64,000 nt of DNA from Candidatus Hydrogenedentota bacterium (lineage in GTDB: Bacteria > Hydrogenedentota > Hydrogenedentia > Hydrogenedentales > SLHB01): positions 448,001-512,000 of the forward strand of contig CAXXTH010000017.1 of NCBI GenBank assembly GCA_963668025.2, in the 5' to 3' direction. Numbering within the stretch: position 1 is the stretch's first letter; every line of letters starts with the position of its first letter. This document shows positions 60,363 through 64,000 of the stretch, one piece after another. The translations under genes and the position numbers were made by a program. The notes beneath the pieces were generated by a model. That model saw only the letters and a list, made by a program, of their open reading frames with translations. It ran no database searches and was not told the DNA's origin.

Positions 60363-61151
60363 ATGATCCGCGCGCTGTTTACCGCGGCCACCGGCATGAT
60401 CGGCCAGCAACTCAATGTGGACACTATCGCGAACAATCTCGCGAATGTGAACACCACCGGCTTCAAGAAGAGCCACGTCCATTTTCAAGATCTTATTTAC
60501 GAGACGCTTAAGCCCGCCGGCACGGAAACGACGAATGGGCAGATTATCCCCCAAGGCATTCAAGTGGGCCATGGCGTCCGGCCTTCCTCGATTGCAAAAA
60601 TATACACGACAGGCAGCTTTGTCCAAACAGGAAATTCTCTAGATATCGCCATCGAGGGCGATGGTTTTTTTCAAGTGCTGCTGCCGGATGGCACCCGCGC
60701 CTACACTCGGGATGGTTCGTTTCAAATTGACGCCAATGGCACCCTTGTCACGGCGGATGGGTATTACCTTGATCCGCAGATCACCATCCCCACGGATTAC
60801 CAGCAAATCGATATCGGTTCCGACGGGGTCGTTTCGGCGACGGTATCAGGCCAGGATCCGCAAAATGTGGGCCAGATTCAGCTTGCCCGCTTTGTGAACA
60901 ACGCTGGACTCGATGCGAGCCGGGGCCGGAATTTGTTGCTTGAGACCGTTGCCTCGGGAACCGCCACGGAAGGAGTCCCCTCCGATCCCGGTTTTGGCAC
61001 CATCGAGCAAGGCTTCCTCGAAAACTCGAATGTGCAAGTCGTGGAGGAAATCCTCAACCTGATTATCGCCCAGCGGGCTTACGAAGCTAATTCCAAAGTG
61101 ATCACGTCCTCCGATGAGATGCTCCAGACCGCGAACCAATTGAAGCGGTAA
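60363..61151 (+). CDS. flgG: Flagellar basal-body rod protein FlgG
   Basis: ANNLANVNTTGFKK, FQDLIY, QRAYEANSK, SDEML. Confidence 0.95.
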   Translation: MIRALFTAATGMIGQQLNVDTIANNLANVNTTGFKKSHVHFQDLIYETLKPAGTETTNGQIIPQGIQVGHGVRPSSIAKIYTTGSFVQTGNSLDIAIEGDGFFQVLLPDGTRAYTRDGSFQIDANGTLVTADGYYLDPQITIPTDYQQIDIGSDGVVSATVSGQDPQNVGQIQLARFVNNAGLDASRGRNLLLETVASGTATEGVPSDPGFGTIEQGFLENSNVQVVEEILNLIIAQRAYEANSKVITSSDEMLQTANQLKR

Positions 61152-61223
61152 AACGGGCCTGGACTCCTCGCGGATAAAGTAGAAGAGTAACCGCCTGTGC
61201 ATGGTATGAATAGGAACGCCGCC

Positions 61224-62165
61224 ATGAACAAGATACTAACAGCCATCCTCTGCGCGTCGCTGGCATTGCCAGCTATCGCTGCGGATCGGATCGAGGTGAA
61301 ACCCGACGCCAGCGTCGCCGGTCCGGTGTTGCGGCTGGGCGATGTGGCCACGATCTCGGGCGAAGACATCGATCTCCTCAAGGATATCGAAATCGGCCCC
61401 GCCGCGTTGCCCGGGCAGACCCGCGTGGTGCAAGCCTCGCTGATCAAATCAAGCATCGAGCGGCAGGGATTTGACCTCTCGAGCCTCGAAATCAACGGCG
61501 CGGAGAATGTCCGCGCTACCACGTCGCATCTTGCCCTTGACAAGGCCGGCCTTGAAAAAGACCTCCGGCATTTTATCGAACTGGAAATGCCTTGGGAAGC
61601 CGCCAATACGACTGTCGATGTTGTTGCCCCCAATTTCGAAGTCGTGTTGCCAGAAGGCCAAGTGACGATTGACTGGCGGTGCAGCCCCACTTACCGGTAT
61701 CTAGGAACAGGCTCCTTTCGAGGGGATGTGAAAGTGAACGGCGAGGTCCAGCGCTCTGTGCTATGCCGGGCTGATATCGAAGCGTATGGCGAAGTGGTGG
61801 TCGCCGCCACGGACATTCCCCGGGGCGCGATTTTCTCCGAGAAAAATCTCACCATCGAGCCGCGCGCCCTTTCGACCGTGCCTCGAAACACCATCGAAGA
61901 TCCGGGCGAGCTGCTGGGGCAGGCCGCGAAACGCACTCTATTTCTGGGACAGATTCTCACCACTTCGCATGCCTGTTCGCGCACCCTCATCAAACGCAAC
62001 CAAATCGTATCCGTCGAAGCGCAGACAGACGCTTTGCGCGTGCATATGCAAGCGAAAGCCCTCGCGGATGGCGGAGAAGGGGATGCGATTCCTTGCCAGA
62101 ATACCTCGTCGAAACAAGAATTCGTCGGAATCATCCAGCCGGGCGGAACCGTCCAGGTGAAATAG
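61224..62165 (+). CDS. flgA: Flagellar P-ring formation chaperone FlgA
   Basis: Signal peptide, SAF domain VVVAATDIPRG, KALADG..GD.I; synteny. Confidence 0.88.
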   Translation: MNKILTAILCASLALPAIAADRIEVKPDASVAGPVLRLGDVATISGEDIDLLKDIEIGPAALPGQTRVVQASLIKSSIERQGFDLSSLEINGAENVRATTSHLALDKAGLEKDLRHFIELEMPWEAANTTVDVVAPNFEVVLPEGQVTIDWRCSPTYRYLGTGSFRGDVKVNGEVQRSVLCRADIEAYGEVVVAATDIPRGAIFSEKNLTIEPRALSTVPRNTIEDPGELLGQAAKRTLFLGQILTTSHACSRTLIKRNQIVSVEAQTDALRVHMQAKALADGGEGDAIPCQNTSSKQEFVGIIQPGGTVQVK

Positions 62166-62177
62166 GAGCGTAATCAA

Positions 62178-62831
62178 ATGAATACGCCGATCTTGAAGAT
62201 ATCCATAAACATGGCGGCAGCGTATTTCGTGGTTTTTGGCATGCCAAACGCCTACGCAGACAGCCTGTTCAATGCCCATTCCGAGAAAAAAGGCTCGCTT
62301 GTCTCGAATAATGTCAAAGAATTCCAGGAAGGCGACATTATTAACGTGCTGGTTCGCGAGACGATCGATGCGTCGACCCAAGCGAACACCAACACCACGA
62401 AGAAGTCGAATATCGAGTCCCAGGCCGATGCGGCGGATAATGGATTTCTAGTGGCGGAAAAACCAGGCTTGAACCTGCTGCCTCAAGAAATGCTCCCGAA
62501 TTGGAAGATAGAGTCAGATAAAGAACAGAGCACTAAAGGTAATACCGCTCGTAAAAATACGCTGGTCATGACCCTCGCCTGCCAGGTGAAAAAGGTGTAT
62601 GACAACGGCAATATTGATATCGAAGGCGAAAAAACAGTCACGGTGAACCGGGAAGACTGCAAAATGTTCGTATCGGGGCGGGTGCGGTCCAAGGATGTAA
62701 CGCCTGCAAACACGGTGGACTCAACATTAATCTTGAACGCCCAGGTGAAGCTCGACGGGAAAGGCCCCCTCTGGAATAACCAGCGGCGCGGATGGATCAC
62801 CAAATTCCTGGATTGGTTTTCGCCTTACTGA
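62178..62831 (+). CDS. flgH: Flagellar L-ring protein FlgH
   Basis: GDIINVLVRE, NGNIDIEGEK, SGRVRSKDV, GWITKF. Confidence 0.9.
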   Translation: MNTPILKISINMAAAYFVVFGMPNAYADSLFNAHSEKKGSLVSNNVKEFQEGDIINVLVRETIDASTQANTNTTKKSNIESQADAADNGFLVAEKPGLNLLPQEMLPNWKIESDKEQSTKGNTARKNTLVMTLACQVKKVYDNGNIDIEGEKTVTVNREDCKMFVSGRVRSKDVTPANTVDSTLILNAQVKLDGKGPLWNNQRRGWITKFLDWFSPY

Positions 62832-62839
62832 AAAATGGA

Positions 62840-62983
62840 ACCGCGAATGGACGCAAATGAACGCGGATACGTGGAGAGTACATCGGATGGTTCGCCCAAA
62901 TAGACATAGCAGGCCTCTTGAGAACGGAATGCCGCTGGCTATTCATTCGGCAGTATTCGCGTCCATTTGCGTCCATTCGCGGT
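62840..62983. repeat. Palindromic unit, copy 1 (flanks GxxExxY gene)
   Basis: 31-bp terminal inverted repeat ACCGCGAATGGACGCAAATGAACGCGGATAC / GTATTCGCGTCCATTTGCGTCCATTCGCGGT. Confidence 0.92.
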
Positions 62984-63039
62984 CAAAAATCGTTAAGCCA
63001 AGCATTTTGAATGGCGCCCAGTTTGAGGGATGATCTCAA

Positions 63040-63432
63040 ATGGACGCAGATAAAATAGAGAGCCAACTCGTATATCAAGTTGTCGGATGCGCCATGGAAG
63101 TGCTGAATGGCCTTGGGCATGGCTTACGTGAGAAAACATATGAACGGGCCTTATGCATAGAACTTGAGCTTGCAGGAATTCCGTTTTCCCAGCAACAAAT
63201 GCACAAAGTGTTATATAAAGGTAGGCATATCGATGATTATATTCCCGATTTGGAAGTGCCAGAGCGGCTCATCATCGAGACAAAAACCATAGATAAAATA
63301 ACTAATGAAGAAATTGGCCAGGTATTAAACTATCTTAAGGTCACAGGAATACAAGCTGGACTGATATTAAATTTCGCTCATCCCAAACTTGAATGGAAAA
63401 AGATGGTTCATACCCATTTGAGCAGTAATTGA
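63040..63432 (+). CDS. GxxExxY family PD-(D/E)xK nuclease-like protein
   Basis: LGHGLREKTYERAL, PDLEV...IIETK, QVLNYLK, GLILNF. Confidence 0.93.
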   Translation: MDADKIESQLVYQVVGCAMEVLNGLGHGLREKTYERALCIELELAGIPFSQQQMHKVLYKGRHIDDYIPDLEVPERLIIETKTIDKITNEEIGQVLNYLKVTGIQAGLILNFAHPKLEWKKMVHTHLSSN

Positions 63433-63441
63433 TGGATAAAG

Positions 63442-63575
63442 ACCGCAAATGAACGCGGATACGTGGAGAGTACATAGGATGGTTCGCCCAAATAGACATA
63501 ACAGGCCTCTTGAGAACCGAATGCCGCAGGCTATTCATTCAGAATTATTCGCGTCCATTCGCGTCTATTCGCGGT
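63442..63575. repeat. Palindromic unit, copy 2 (direct repeat of 62840-62983)
   Basis: Near-identical interior GTGGAGAGTACAT.GGATGGTTCGCCCAAATAGACATA.CAGGCCTCTTGAGAAC; left arm one 10-mer shorter. Confidence 0.92.
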
Positions 63576-63603
63576 TCCCAAAAGCATATAAGGATGCAGT
63601 CAT

Positions 63604-64000
63604 ATGAAACAGATTCAGCAGAACGGAATTGCCCGCCGCGTGGCGCTCGGGAGCTTGGCGTTCTTGCTGGCGCTGGCGCTGTCGGAAAATGCGTGCGCGG
63701 CGCGCATCATGGATTTATGCGATGTCCAGGGCGCGCGGGGCAATGACCTCAAAGGCATAGGCCTCGTGGTGGGCCTTTCGGCCACGGGCGACAAAAGCGC
63801 GGAAGCGGTCCGCGCGCAACAGCGCTTGTTAAGCCGTCTGGATGTGGAAGTGGCCAGCTATGACAATCTCAAATCGGATAATTGCGCCGTAGTCCTGGTG
63901 ACCGGCACATTTCCCGCCTTTGCAAAAGAAGGCACACAGATAGACGTGCAAATTAGCTCCTTGTTTGATTGCAAGAGCCTCGAGGGAGGCATCTTGCTCG
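63604..64000 (+). CDS. flgI: Flagellar P-ring protein FlgI, partial
   Basis: Hand translation: signal peptide then ARIMDLCDVQGARGNDLKGIGLVVGLSATGD ... SLEGG; runs off the window. Confidence 0.92.
   Translation, partial: MKQIQQNGIARRVALGSLAFLLALALSENACAARIMDLCDVQGARGNDLKGIGLVVGLSATGDKSAEAVRAQQRLLSRLDVEVASYDNLKSDNCAVVLVTGTFPAFAKEGTQIDVQISSLFDCKSLEGGILL

Noticed and set aside
62840-63575. Possible CRISPR array
   Set aside because: Only two long units with conserved interiors, no unique spacers and no cas genes

Overview
A GC-rich bacterial chromosomal segment. Its gene content (many GT-C/TPR membrane proteins, a PASTA lipoprotein, a membrane-anchored ECF sigma factor, flgH/flgI) suggests a diderm, perhaps Hydrogenedentota/PVC-like organism; this is a weak inference. 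Housekeeping and signalling genes include DAHP synthase, ispE, an ABC1/UbiB kinase, mtlD, nikR, HU, tRNA-Val(CAC), a PAS kinase/OmpR pair with an HsbR/HsbA-like partner-switching module, fliD-fliS and flgF-G-A-H-I. Accessory features are: (i) a dense set of intergenic MITEs and palindromes that nest in one another, several with clean target-site duplications; (ii) a GxxExxY PD-(D/E)xK nuclease gene inserted between flgH and flgI, bracketed by two copies of a ~140-bp palindromic unit with 10-nt periodic arms, which is my best candidate for an undescribed nuclease/repeat mobile system; (iii) an AT-rich ABC-ATPase + PIN two-gene candidate defence cassette; (iv) a 1.8-kb DDE insertion sequence with TIRs, a 5-bp TSD and a +1 frameshift; (v) a DnaA-like ATPase fused to a long coiled coil; (vi) a three-gene secreted fibre-like locus; and (vii) several unannotated small proteins. 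All product calls come from motif recognition by eye, not database searches.
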